NCBI GenBank assembly: GCA_907165135.1
Contig: OU015566.1
Coordinates: 9,176,001 to 9,240,000, forward strand
DNA length: 64,000 nt
Origin: Oikopleura dioica
Lineage: Eukaryota > Animalia > Chordata
Direction of reading: 5' to 3'
Every line of letters begins with the position of its first letter. Position 1 is the stretch's first letter. The notes under the pieces are model-generated. The model searched no databases, was not told where the DNA came from, and saw only the letters and a program-made list of their open reading frames with translations. Of the stretch, positions 1 through 13,267 are shown one piece after another. The position numbers and the translations under genes were made by a program.

Positions 1-869
<869 letters not shown>

Positions 870-1338
870 TTCCTAATTCCCGAATACTCCTAACCTAGCC
901 TACCCTACTCAAATTCGGGTTCGACTCGTCTTAAAAATCGAGGTTTTATCGCCAGATTCATCATCAAAAAGATTCAGTAGCTTGCAGATTTGCAGTCAGG
1001 ATAACATAGGTTCTACATTACCACAGTAAAGTACTGTATACATAGATAGATATTAATAGAATATAATAAAGCAAAACCTATTTTACCCAATTTGAGAGTA
1101 AAACTGCAAAATTGATCGTAAAAAATGAGCCATCGTCGATGAAAAATAAATAAAAACCCTGTCAATACTGTTATTTTGATTTTAATCTCTGATAAATGCA
1201 ACATTATTGATTATAACTTCGTTTCCTCTGATGATTCAACCTCTTTTTATTCAATAAAAACGTAAAAATGAAATAAAAATAAAGTTTCGAACCCGAATCA
1301 GGAATCTGCTCAGTTCGGTCTCCTCAAAGTCAACTCTT

Positions 1339-4300
1339 TCAGTGCCACGCTGCGAGTGTTTTCGCGTAGACGATGCTCGACCAATCAACGCGCGGGAACC
1401 AGCCCAGCGCCCAATGACCACGAGGAGGATGCCCCTTTCGCAGACATTTTTCCCTTCTCAAGGAAAATGTGGTCTTGCTCGATTCTCCGAGAAATAAAGA
1501 TTCGGGCGGCTCTACCAGTGAACAAATCATGAAAATAAGCAAAAAATCAAGTGTAAGAGCAACCAAGGCCACGTCAACCAAGCCCGGGGCTCGTTACGTA
1601 ATCGGACAGGAACTGGAAAACCTCGAGTGATACTTCGTTTAGTACCTTCTATCTGTTTTAAAATCAAATACTCAGCCATGTCTTCTTGAACGATCCTTTT
1701 TCTTTCTGACAAGAACAGTAATTGATATCAATACCTAAGGTATCTACGATACTGTCTGGTAGACCGTTGAATTCGAGTGAACTCACTGAGCTCAACTCAG
1801 TTGGAGTGCAAGACTTGTTGATGCTTTCGCAATAGAACTCGAAAACCTTAATCAGCACAGCTACTGAGCTGTAGAATTTATTGGAAGGAAAGCAGATTAT
1901 TTTGAGCGTATAGCTAAGAATCTCTCTTTATGCAAACAGCATATGCCCTAAAAGACAATAAATAGCTTTTGAATGACATATACGAATTACCGGGTATCAT
2001 CAAAACCAGGGCCAAACACCATCTTATGTCCTCTTTCCGCTGCAATAATTCCTCGCGGTACTGATTGTTTTACTCGAAAATTCTAAAAATCAACTTACCT
2101 CTGGGATTATTTTCGCACCAGGGAATCCCATGATCCTCGGCATTAAAACTCTCCATCGAATATCCAGTCAGAAAGCTGAGGGAGTACTCCTTCGACAATC
2201 CATGATAAGAAATGTCCGCAAATTTTTGTTGCATCAAATTGTATTTTTGAGCGAATCGCATGTCCAATTTTTTCACTTCGCAGTGCGGAACTGTTGCTGA
2301 ATAGATAAGTAATCGGCCTTCAGAGTCGAAAGTGTCGTTTTCGCAGACATAGCGGGAGAAACGAGTGATCCAGCTACTGAAAACATAAAAGATTACATCA
2401 GGGTTCAAAATCACCTAGTTTTTAGGTGAGGTGAGGTGATGATTACAAAAAAGGTGCACCTTAAGGGTGTCAACAACGATTTGGCCAATTTTGTGACTGT
2501 AGTTTCAGTATCTTCCCGTATCGTATTCAGTTATTTTTTTGGATGATATATTACATTGAACCCTAATTTATTAGTTTAATTTGGCGAAATTTTTAAAAAC
2601 TAATCCATTAATCCCCACCGCCGCTTCAAAGGACGTTTAAATGCTTGATCTCACCAAAGTTGTACCTGTAGATTCGGTACCTTCCCGAAATTCAATTTCT
2701 TTTATTTTTCTCAGGATGAAAGGTTGAACGCTAAACTATTAGTTTAATTTGACGGATTTTTGAAAAATGAGCTGTATGCACCTATTTGCATGCATAATGT
2801 GATGCAACGATTTTTTCAAAGTTTGAGCACGATTCTAGTTCGGTTCCTGAAATTGAAATTTTCTCGTTTTCACAGGGATAGTAGTTTGACCTATCGACAA
2901 TCACCCGGGGCGCTTAGATTGGGCACTGATTAATCCCTTAATCCTCTTTTCCGGCGCTAAAGTGCAGGTGTTTGCGACTTTTGCCGCGCTGTTTGAACAT
3001 GTAAAATTAGCCCGATCTTATCGAAATAGGTATCATTGAATAGAGATTTTTTCGGGCTTTCAGAAAATATATAGGTTGCTATACTAAATAATAATTTTCA
3101 AAATAGCATATTTCACAGTGCATTTCAGTAGAACGCTACTGCATTAGAGCGCACATAGAAATGGTCATATCTCGAGTTCTCGTTGAGATATTTCAGATCT
3201 GAAAAAGTGTTAGAATCATCGTCCACCAAATAACAAAAAAGGTTTCGATGACCTTATCGGACATGGCTGGACCCGATCGTTGTTGACACCCTTAAGGTGC
3301 ACCTAAAAAAGTCCCAAATCTCAAAAATTTTAGGTGAGGTGGGTGAGGTGATAGATTAGAAAAAGGTGCACCTTTTAGGTGCACCTAAAAAGCCAATTTT
3401 TGAAAAATTTTAGGTGAGGTGGGTGAGGTGATATTCTGAAAAAGGGTGCACCTTTTAGGTGCACCTAAAAAGACGGATCTTGGAAGTTTTTTAGGTGAGG
3501 TGGGTGAAATTTAGGTGATAATTGATCAAGTGTGTGCACGGATTTTGCTCCTGACTTCGATTTCGAGTCCTTTGAAATTACTCGCAAATTTCTTCCGGGT
3601 AATCCGCAGATTTTTCTACGAGTCTCCGCGCGAGTAGATCGAGTAAATGGGTAAAGGATAATCGCGAGCTACTCGGCGGAAAGGATAACACTCGTAGCGC
3701 GGGTAGCCCGTGAAAAGGCTCTCCGCGCGAGTAACCCGTTGAAAAATCTGCGGGTTGCCCAGTAAAAAATGCCGGGTATTGACATTTGCTCAGTGTCCCT
3801 ACGCCACAAATCAGACCCTAAGCTACATTTTGGTACCCTTGGGGACTCTCTGCGACTTCTCTGGTCGGAGAACATAGACTCCCCAGTTGTCGGAAACATA
3901 AAAAAACAGTGTCAAAGGACTCGAAATCAACAGCCAAGTTTGAATTTCAAACTTTAAAACAACTCACCGAGAAAAAAGGTGCACCTAAAATCAAAACATT
4001 CCTAGGTGAGGTGAGGTGAGGTGATGATCACAAAAAAGGTGCACCTTTAGGTGCACCTAGAAAAGGCCCAAATCTCGAAAGTTTTAGGTGAGGTGGGTGA
4101 GGTGATGATTTCAAAAAAGGTGCACCTTTTAGGTGCACCTAAAAAAGCTTAAATCTGAAAAATTTTAGGTGAGGTGGGTGAGGTGACAATTTGCACCTCA
4201 CCTAAATTGAACAAGGTGCACCTTTAGGTGAGGTGATTTTGAACCCTGGATTACATGTATATCGAACAAAATTTAGAAAATCTCACCTTATGGCGCAGTA

Positions 4301-5082
4301 AGTTCTTTCCTTTCCTAATTCAATTGGGCGAAGAATCAAATCAGCAGTTTGATTGGAGACTTCTCTTAATTTCGGATCCAACTCTGCTCCAATTTTCTGT
4401 TCGATTTCTCCGTCCTCTGACGCAGTTGTAACACTCGTGTTCAACCAAAAAGCTCCTTTTTTGATAAATCTATAGATCGAGTCGGAAGTAACGTTGATGT
4501 GATTGATCGTAAATGTCTGCCAGGGAGTGTGCTATTCTTTTCCGCGCAAACTCCCCTCGATTCCTCGATGGTTCCTCGTCCGTAAACTTGCGATTTGTAG
4601 AAACGACCAGCCATGAAAATTGTGATTTCGAATTCCTTTTCTTGGCCAAAGCCTGCTTCGAACTTATGAGCAAAATGTCGATGTGGACCTATCGGTTTTC
4701 GTCTACACTGGGCTCGACAGCCTGTGTAGAAAACCTGAGTCAGGATTTCAAAGATCTGAAAACCGGTTTAAAAAACGAAGCCACTTTGCTTAGAACTTTA
4801 AAATATCTTTGCGGCTTTTCATTCAAGATCTTTGAGACCCTGACTCAGGCTTTCTACACAGGCTGTCGTGCCCAGCGCCCATATACCATATTTGCGAGTG
4901 GTCTTGTAGCCATTTGTGATTCTCCGTTATTTTCAGAAGGAAAGGGGTACTGGAACCTGATCAAAAGAAGGCTCACCAATCCACTATGATTATTTTAGTG
5001 AAAAATAGAGGCGTCGCGTAAATTTCGGTACTCACGTGATGAGAAGACTAAAAGAAATGCAGAACGCAAAACTGAGTTTCAT
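1339..5082 (-). CDS. Hypothetical multi-exon protein; weak by-eye resemblance to C9orf72/DENN-like proteins; both ends uncertain
   Basis: An open exon ending at 4287 (..SIYRFIKKGAFWLNTSV..RTYCAIS) joins in phase across intron 4286-2377 to an open exon of about 92 codons (SWITRFSRYVCENDTFDSEGRLLIYSAT..WCENNPR). Short GT-AG introns follow near 2.10 and 1.99 kb. Other junctions are unresolved. Confidence 0.5.
2399..4248. mobile_element. Non-autonomous hAT-type DNA transposon inside an intron
   Basis: 18-bp TIR CAGGGTTCAAAATCACCT at 2399 with its reverse complement ending at 4248. Perfect 8-bp TSD GATTACAT at 2391-2398 and 4249-4256. Many subterminal TAGGTGAGGTGGGTGAGGTG / AAGGTGCACCT repeats. 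No transposase ORF. Confidence 0.9.
2465..3291. mobile_element. TTAA-flanked (Kolobok-like) MITE nested in the hAT element
   Basis: 16-bp perfect TIR GGGTGTCAACAACGAT (2465-2480) / ATCGTTGTTGACACCC (3276-3291). TTAA on both sides (2461-2464, 3292-3295). It interrupts a GGTGCACCTTAAGGTGCACC subterminal repeat. A TA TSD with a 1-nt longer TIR cannot be excluded. Confidence 0.8.
4706..4877. mobile_element. Short MITE with TGAGTCAGG-containing inverted arms, intronic
   Basis: CTGGGCTCGACAGCCTGTGTAGAAAACCTGAGTCAGG pairs with CCTGACTCAGGCTTTCTACACAGGCTGTCGTGCCCAG (2 mismatches). Related arms occur at about 8092-8130, 12843-12980 and 14498-14532. Confidence 0.75.
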
Positions 5083-5624
5083 CTCTTATCTCTTCTGAGG
5101 ATTGTCTTCAACTGAGCCGTAATGAAGCTTCGGATAAAGAGAACATTTAATTATATTGGAAGTTCTAAAAATAAACGGAAAGAATAGTCCTTTTTTCAAT
5201 TATCTTTTATATTTGTTCTTTATAAGAGAAATATTATAAAAAATCGCTAGTCATGGTGATATTATTTTGAAAACCACCATAAACAGGAGCACTCATTCGT
5301 TATAAAAGGAAATCCAATTATCCAAAAATAGAAGTGCTTAATTCAACGTCGATTCTCAAACTAATCAAGCTACAGTTTAGTTGAAATCAAAGATGATCAC
5401 CGGCCTTATGGGAAACTGGCGCCTGGCGATGCTGCTTATCACCTGTTCGGAACTAATTTGAACTAACTCCTTCAAAGGCAAACAATCAACCCCAGCTGGG
5501 CAACCGCTCAAAACTGATGGCGCTAGAGATCGTTTTTCGCTCAATATAATCACTTCCGAATGCAAATTTTTCATCAAACAATTTTTCTTATCGAAAAGAA
5601 AAAACACCAAAACAAAACAACAAA

Positions 5625-5888
5625 ATGTGCTTTTTGGAAAACCAAGCGTCCGGAGAATCTTTCCCCAAGAAGGAAATCGAGCAAGTCTACATCCCCAAGG
5701 AAAATTACTGCCCCTTCTGCCGCAAAACAATCGCTGGCCCTAGAATCGCCCTTGTCGTCCACCTCGCCATGGTTCATACCGAGAGATCACTGTTCGAATG
5801 CTCCGAGCTTTTACGATCTTCCGAAAGCACCAAATTCATCGTTGCCAGAAAGAAACGCATTGACGCCCTTCTTACTGTATCAGAATGA
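5625..5888 (+). CDS. Possible small C2H2-like zinc-finger protein
   Basis: 87-aa ATG ORF containing YCPFCRKTIAGPRIALVVHLAMVH (C-x2-C-x13-H-x4-H). It lies divergent from the upstream minus-strand gene. No second finger is evident. Confidence 0.35.
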   Translation: MCFLENQASGESFPKKEIEQVYIPKENYCPFCRKTIAGPRIALVVHLAMVHTERSLFECSELLRSSESTKFIVARKKRIDALLTVSE

Positions 5889-8800
5889 CCCCTGACTGAC
5901 TAAAAACTGAAATATCACTGCAAAAATAAAAAGACAAATATTCAAATTTCTTGTTTCAATTTCCTTCCAGACAGTTTGTACTGTATGATACAGTCTGTAT
6001 CTTGGCGCAAGTACTGGCAAGCGAATACTTTTGCAGGTGTCGATTTCAATAGAAGACTTCTTCGCAAGACAGCTTTGTCAGGGATTGTTTTTTCTGCATC
6101 AATCATGCAGCTCATCAATTTTTATAAAATCGACAAGGCTTTGAATCTTTCACCATTGCCGAATATTTCATCTTGCCTTTGCTGGAAGTTTCTCACGTGA
6201 CTTTTCTGCAGGGGAAACTTGATAAGGAAATTAGTTATTGCCAATAATTTTCGATTCACAGCTCTTTTTTGAATAATTTCTTCGATGAAAACTAATTTGT
6301 GGCGATGGGATTATGTCGCTGGACTCATCTAGACAGAAGAATCAGAATCAAACGATTCTGTAATAAGGATTAATTGAAAACAAACTAAAAGGCGAAACAA
6401 GTCTCAAGAGAGCCCTTAGCTGTAAAAATGTGACTTCTGCTTCAAAATTGCTGCCATAGAAGTTCGGCGAGTCGGTAACCTTTCTCATTGGCCAAAAACT
6501 TTATGCTGCTGAAAGGGTGGCGCTGTTCCAGATCATGATTTTGATGAAATAAATGTTCACGAACGGAATTCCAGATTTTTCTTGTTTTGATAGTTAGGAG
6601 AATCAACTGTTGTGTTATTTTTTTGAATTAGTAGAAAATTGGTGTTGGCTTGCGTTAATCTTGCGTGAGACAAGTATTTATGTGAGGTCCGTTCATTTGA
6701 CTTTGATTAATTCTGAAGTGGGCACACTCCTGTCCCGCGCACACTAGGGAACAAATCCACCTGACCGGGACTGCCCTATCAAATATTCATCCAGTAATCC
6801 GTTACTGTAATGTAATGTATGCACTCTCCACTATTCTTCTCCATAAAAATCAACAGCGCCGGGCGCCTCTCTCAATTCTCAATTTCCCCAATAAGCAAGA
6901 AAAAGAACAAAACCCTTTTGGCGCCTTCTAACTCCACTTAATTCCGATCAGATGTTTTGCTGCGAAAACCTAATTTTCACAAGGAGACTTTTATTCTTTC
7001 AATGATTCTCCGGGGGCTACAAAAATTCGATTTCGTGATGGAAAAATAAGTTTAAAATACCTAAGTCAGGGTTCTAACAGAGCTTTAAAAGTTCAGGTTT
7101 CAAACACAGATTGCCAAGTTCAAGAGCCAATGTTTTAATAGCTGAACATTTGATGAGTCCTGTAGTTCAGTATTAAAATTCTGCTTGAATAATAATCTGT
7201 AGAACTTTCGAATTGGAGGTGCTAAATGAAAGGAGAACAACTTTCTTGCGACCAGATTACAACACGGCTCGTCTGCAGAATCTTGCACAGTTGTCTTGAA
7301 GCGTATGTCCGGGTGAGGGCGCGCGGGCGCTCGTTTTTGTGCGTACAGTTGGCTATCTTTGCGTCGAGGACAAGGTGCGCCGCCGCCGCAAAATCCGCCT
7401 TTCGCGCTAAAAGTCATCCCGACTCAACGCAAGAATTTTAATCTCTTTCTGGGGGAGGCTCAACCCTCGGGCGAGATTAAAAACAAAAGAGACAAGAAAA
7501 GAGACAACAAGAAATTATGATCCCGCGGTAAAAGAAGAGCTGCAAAAGGTTCAGTTAATAGAGAGAAAGAATTTCACAAATCAAAAGAAAAGAAGAACTT
7601 TGAAAACACAGCTTTTAGAAACACCGAAAGGAGAATTGATGACACGCGAACGCGACGGGTAAGAGATCCATTCAATAAATTAATGGGCGATTGAAAGTGT
7701 CAACGAAGAAATTTTCTACCTTGTTTTTTGCACTTTTTAGTTATAACTGCTTCGAACTGTGGAGTCTTTCTAGCGCTTGATGGACACACACTAAGTTGCC
7801 TTGCATGAGTATTTGGTCGGTGTATAATTCATGTTCCGTGGTCAGCAAAGCAATATTTGATGGGCTCGCGTGCTTCAATGTCCCTGAGGAAAATGTAACC
7901 ACTCGTGGTCAACATTATTTAGACATTTTCATGCTGTCGCGTGCGACATTTTATCAATACACAATCGATAATCCCCTCAAACTCCAACGCCTCAGCTGCT
8001 TTTTCCTCTTTATGTTTTTCAAATATATTCTCTATTACATTCGCTATATTCTCTATTTATCGAAATCTAACCACCACACGGCTTCGTTTTGCCTGACTCA
8101 GGTTTTCTAAACAGGTTGCCGAGCCCAGCCCCTAACGCTTACCCTAAGCTAGGCTAACTTAGAGCTGAGAAACCCTAGTTGCCCCTCTCCAGTAGTGATA
8201 ATACAAATTGTAAACGAGAGTTAGAAAACTTTAATTTAAGACTAAAAGACGCTTAAAACCTCAACACTCTTTCAAATTTAATCCGTTTGCGGTTGCCCTA
8301 GAACTCTATTACATAATTAATTAAACGTCTCGAGGCGTTGAGCTACTTATGCAGCGATCAATTAGCAGGTCAACTCTGAGTCGCACTTGCACTGGCGCGT
8401 TTTTTTGCGAAAAAATTAAAATTTTAACAACAAGTGCTCAATTAAAACTCATCAGAAATGACTTCCGTAATGAGGCGATTTGTGAGTGATCCAAAAAGTG
8501 TGGCACGATTTGTTCTGAGCCTGTGCTAAGCTCCGATAAGTACGAAGTTATTTTGCGTCCTCATACTGAAAAGACAAAGAGGATTTCCGCGAGAAACTTT
8601 GATTTCCGGTTTTCAAAACTACTCCCTTACAAGCGTATGTTGTTTCTTCGTTGATTTCTAGCGATTTTATCACCAAAAATATTAAAATTAGGGGTCTCAT
8701 CCAGCGTGAATCGTGAAGATCTTTGATTTTTTATGAAAAAATATAGTCAAATAAAAAATTTTGACTCATCAAAATAAAAGTCAAAAACAGAGAAAACAAA

Positions 8801-10414
8801 GCCAAAATCTAATCTTTTTCGAAAATCAGGCAACTAAAAAATAACAAAATAAAATGTAAGCAAACAAATCTGTAGCCCTTCATAAGATCTTTACGATGAA
8901 GAAGGAGCACTAGAAAATAAATATTCGTTTTAGCAAATTTGGCTGGAATCGTGAAAGCTCTCCGAGCACGTCTACGGCCTAGTGTCTCACGACGAGGCTA
9001 CACTTATATGGCGGCTAATGAAAGGCACGGTCATCATCGTTTAATAAACTTTACTGTGTATGCTCGAAATAAGCCAAAAAGCGGGCGCTTTTGTTTGTCC
9101 AGTTTTGATGATGACCGACGATCAAGTCCAGGAGCGAGTCAGAAAAGATCATTCTTCATGTGAGTTATTAGTGCGCAGATGGTGCGGGATTATGCCACAA
9201 ATCGATTTATTTCTGAGCCGGCGAGCATGTCACGCTTGATGAGACTAAGAGTCCTACAGAGGAAATTTATATCAATTCCACTTCTTAATTCTCCTCCTTG
9301 ATTTCGATACTTTAACACTTAAAAACAGCAATCGAAATCGGCAGAACCAAAAAAGAACACCAACGATGATGAGTTTTTCTCGTTGAATTTTCATGACTCA
9401 GGACAAAGATGAAAAATCTCCCGTAAAAAATTCGGCTTTTACTACTGGCAACTCGAAAAGCTCCATACAGGGATGGGTTAAAAATCGGCTCATCTTACAA
9501 GTAAAAATTAAAATCGGGGATTCGGAAAACTGAACATATTCTGATGCTTCATTTTTTGATACATAAGCAAAAGGTAGCCGCTTGAATATTTATCCCTGAA
9601 AAGCGAACATGGAAAGATGACGAGTACGGCAACTGGGCAGCTAGAGACACGCCTAACACCCAACCAGTTACCCCTGCTCATAGGAATGGTCTCATCTCTT
9701 TTTTAATCGGGTGATAGTAAATATCAATAAAACCCCGATCTCATTTATTTCTTTTTTTTACCCCAATTCTTTAATATTGGCAATGGCTTAGACCTCCTTA
9801 ACCTCTCGTTCTATAATGGAAGGGATGTCTCTCTGGTCTCGTAAAATTCATCGCGGACAGGGTAAAAATTGGGCTTTAATTTAATGTCAGCGGCAGATTT
9901 ATCACGGCGCCGAAAAAGGATGAATTAATCAACACAGCACTACTGAAAATTGAAACACGCAGGTGTTTTTATTGGTCGTTAGGATGGGGTTCAGGAAGGT
10001 GAGGAGTCCAAATATGCAGGTGGTATCACCTTGTTGTCTCGGGACCGTGCAGATGCGAGCAAGTGCGGCGGATCAATAGCGTAAACTGCCCTGCATCGCA
10101 GATAAAATCAACATCCGGTACCCCCCTTAGAGAGATAATTTGACGTAAACTGGAATTTTGAAAATTATATTTCGACCATATAATACAAAAATGTACAAGA
10201 ATTGAGAAATATTCAATGGATATGAGTTTTTCAAACTAAATTTCACAAGAAACTCATTTTTACTTGACAATTGGCTCATCTGGTGAGCCTAATTGGCGGC
10301 AAATATCTCGGATATTTCTAGGAGATCTTTTAAAATATAATTTTTAAATTTAATTGCCAATTTTCAGGATGACTCCTTTCAGGATGAGGCCCTCAGTCTT
10401 AGGGAAAGTGGGCT

Positions 10415-10777
10415 GCAGGGACAATCGTCTCACCACTATGAGCAGCGCGCTGCCACAGCGTCCCTTAGCAGGGTAGTAGTACTAGATAATAATATTCTTG
10501 ACTTTATTATATGCTTATGGAAGGTGCCCGCTCCGCTGGATTGGTGATAGGAAAGTATTAGAAGTGGGATAATTGTCTAACCATCCAAAGGAGCCTGCTA
10601 CTACAGTGTGACCTATCTGATCAAGGAGTTTCCTTTCCAATAATCCCATGGAGCGGGCACCTTTCATAAGCATATAATGAGGAAAACAACCGTTTCATCT
10701 AGTACCTTGCTTAGGCACGCTATGGTCCATGGTCTATGGAAGCGCGCTGCTCAGAGTGGTGAGACAATTGTTCCTGC
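10415..10777. repeat. About 360-bp imperfect fold-back palindrome
   Basis: GCAGGGACAATCGTCTCACCACTATGAGCAGCGCGC pairs with GCGCGCTGCTCAGAGTGGTGAGACAATTGTTCCTGC. The inner TATTATATGCTTATGGAAGGTGCCCGCTCC pairs with GGAGCGGGCACCTTTCATAAGCATATAATG. Confidence 0.85.
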
Positions 10778-12842
10778 GAAACTAGTATTAATACGAGATG
10801 AATGATTAAGCTAAGAATCTAAGCTAAGAAAAGATTGACAACTTTGATGATTTTGAATAAAAATAAATATTGAGAATACCTATGTATTGATAGTCGGACC
10901 CGTCCCGAATATGACCTAGATTACCATCACTTCTACCCCTCAAGCTTTGAACCGCCGCGCTAGGTCACAGCTGTTATCTCATTTTCAAATCAGTACCAGT
11001 TTGGACTCCTCACCTTCCATAAACTCGTTAGGATTATAAAACAAAATAAACAAAATAGAGCGAAAGCTACTTTCGGAAAGAATTAATTAAGGTGTCAAAA
11101 AGACTGGGCTACTTAACCTATGTAGAAAGCTGAGTCAGATTCTGAAACATCCAATCAATCCAACTTATGTTGTTTACCCAGGTTGCTGAGTCAGGAAAGG
11201 GGGGGGGGGAGTGTTCTCTTCCTTGATTTTCTCATGCCTTTTTTATTTGTCAATAGTTATCGGCGATAACTTATCGGTATACTTACATTAATGGCTAATG
11301 AGTGATCAACTCTTTGATTGATAACAGCTCCGTTTAATTTTTGCAATGCGACTGTAGCTTGACCATTTGGCTTTAAAAATTGACTTTTGCGCGTCGCCAT
11401 CGGACGTAAATTGTAATAGCCCGAATGAGTAAGTAGCTATTTCGGAGGGGACTGTTCACTCCTTTAGCCGATTTCTTCGGGATTCCCTTCGCTTCTCCAG
11501 TTGACCACTGACTGCGGGGCCATGTGATTTTGTGTGTGCATAAAAACATCAAATACGAATCAGCCTTTTTTGAAGAGAAAGAATGAAGGAGTCATGGAGC
11601 CAGATTTTTGACCAAATTATGCCGTAAATGACAGAGTGTATTTTGACTAACAACCAGGATGTGATCGTTTTCCTTAAAACTGAGCAGAAGGAGACAAAAA
11701 AGTAAGTAATTTTAAAAAGAAGGTTTTGAAATTTAAAATAAAATTGAATAGAATTTCAAATCGGAAATCTCCTGGTAAAAAAATTGAGACGCTTGAGAAG
11801 CTCAGATTTCCGCGTCTTATCATTTTATTACGCAGCTTGCATTTTTCGTTCAACTGCGATTTTAGAAGGTCTTTCATTGCGCGTATTTTGATAAGGCCGG
11901 ATGGTTTGATGGAGCTAAACGCGGCTTGAAACAAGCAGCTCTTGAATTAAGCCATGGAAAGGTTTCATCAGCGCGCTGGTCCAAGTGAATAGTAAAGGCT
12001 CAATTCAATCAAATTAGAGGCGATCAGCTCTTATGTGAAGAGCACCGCGAAATTTTCGCAAATCTTCGCGCTTCAAATCCGAGCTGCTGAGTGTTTAGAA
12101 CACTTGAAATCAGCGATTTAAGCATTTAGCACCGACTCAGTTGAACAAAGGATTTCGTCAAATTATTAAAAAAATATTCTTTCAAAAAGCTTAATTTTTT
12201 CAAGGAGCGAAATTCTTCTTCATAGAAATCGTAATTTTTTTTGAGTGAAAAACTAAATTGACGAAAATTTTTGATCGAAAATGATTTTTTCAGCGAAAAG
12301 CACTATTACAGTCGATAAAGAGCAATGTTAGTGATCGCGCAGACTAGATTAAAAATGCACAATATCCTTCTCGATAATTCTGTTTAGATTTGCTTGGCCT
12401 TGAGTTTTGTTGCCTTTTATCATTTTAACCGTTTTATTCACGCGCTTCGGGCAGGCGCGTTGGTGTCGAAAATGGTTGCTAGCATTCTGAATACCGCGCG
12501 CCACATTATCCGTTTCTTTAATCTTTTATCCCAAATAGCTATAATTCATGAGTCCTTCACCTTTTCCCGTGGTCCCCATTTCACCGCCTTTTCGTCCCCT
12601 TTCAAGAAAACGAAATACACACTCGCCAGTTTGAGCAATTTTCAAAGCCAAGAAGCCAGAGAGCTTTCCTCGATTCCCGTTGAAATCATTCTTGATCGCG
12701 GAGCAAGAACAAGAACTTTTTGAGACAACTTTGAAGGGACGGATTCATTCCTGTGAATATTTAAATCACAAGTTTCAATGACAATCGTGTTCAAGTGTCC
12801 GCCAATCGAGAAGAATTGCTAACAAGCAATTGGCAATAAGCG

Positions 12843-12980
12843 GCTGGGCTAAACAACCTCTGTCAAAAACCTGAGTCAGGATTTTGAAAGTTGAAATTAG
12901 AATTACCATTTCCATTCTATTCTTTGAAAAATCTACTACGCTGGTTCAAATCCTGACTCAGGTTTTTTACAAAGGTGCAA
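12843..12980. mobile_element. Second copy of the TGAGTCAGG MITE family
   Basis: Perfect 20-bp inverted repeat AAAAACCTGAGTCAGGATTT / AAATCCTGACTCAGGTTTTT. The left arm begins GCTGGGCT, like the 4706 copy. Confidence 0.65.
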
Positions 12981-13267
12981 TCGAAATATTAAAAAATCTC
13001 AGTTTTTTATTTTTAATATTTATAAATCGATTCTTTTGGTATCTTAACTCTTAAGGACCCGCCCCCCCGTCAGCTTTTTTTGAAAAATCAAATTTCGGAA
13101 TTTTTGAATTTTGACCCCGGAGATGGATTCTACGGGTCAAAAAACGATTTTGAGGCTTCATTTTTAAGTATCAACTACAGTAAACTTTTCGCTCGCGTTA
13201 CTAGTTGCACTTTCTTTTGATAAACGAGAATCCACGCCAAGGCCAGAAGTGCCATCGTAAATTACAG

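Noticed and set aside
3295-4230. Regularly spaced GGTGCACC/TAGGTGAGGTG repeats as a CRISPR array
   Set aside because: They are degenerate subterminal repeats inside a TIR/TSD-bounded hAT element. The context is eukaryotic, the spacers are related to each other, and there are no cas genes.
4513-4989. 158-aa plus-strand ORF (longest in the track)
   Set aside because: It runs antisense across exons of the minus-strand gene and through a palindromic MITE, with no recognisable motif.
5976-6560. Fragmentary minus-strand coding-like sequence
   Set aside because: Stops occur in all frames and no consistent splice model was found.
13052-13166. TTAA-GG...TTAA segment as another Kolobok MITE
   Set aside because: There is no matching TIR at the right end; at most it is a fragment.
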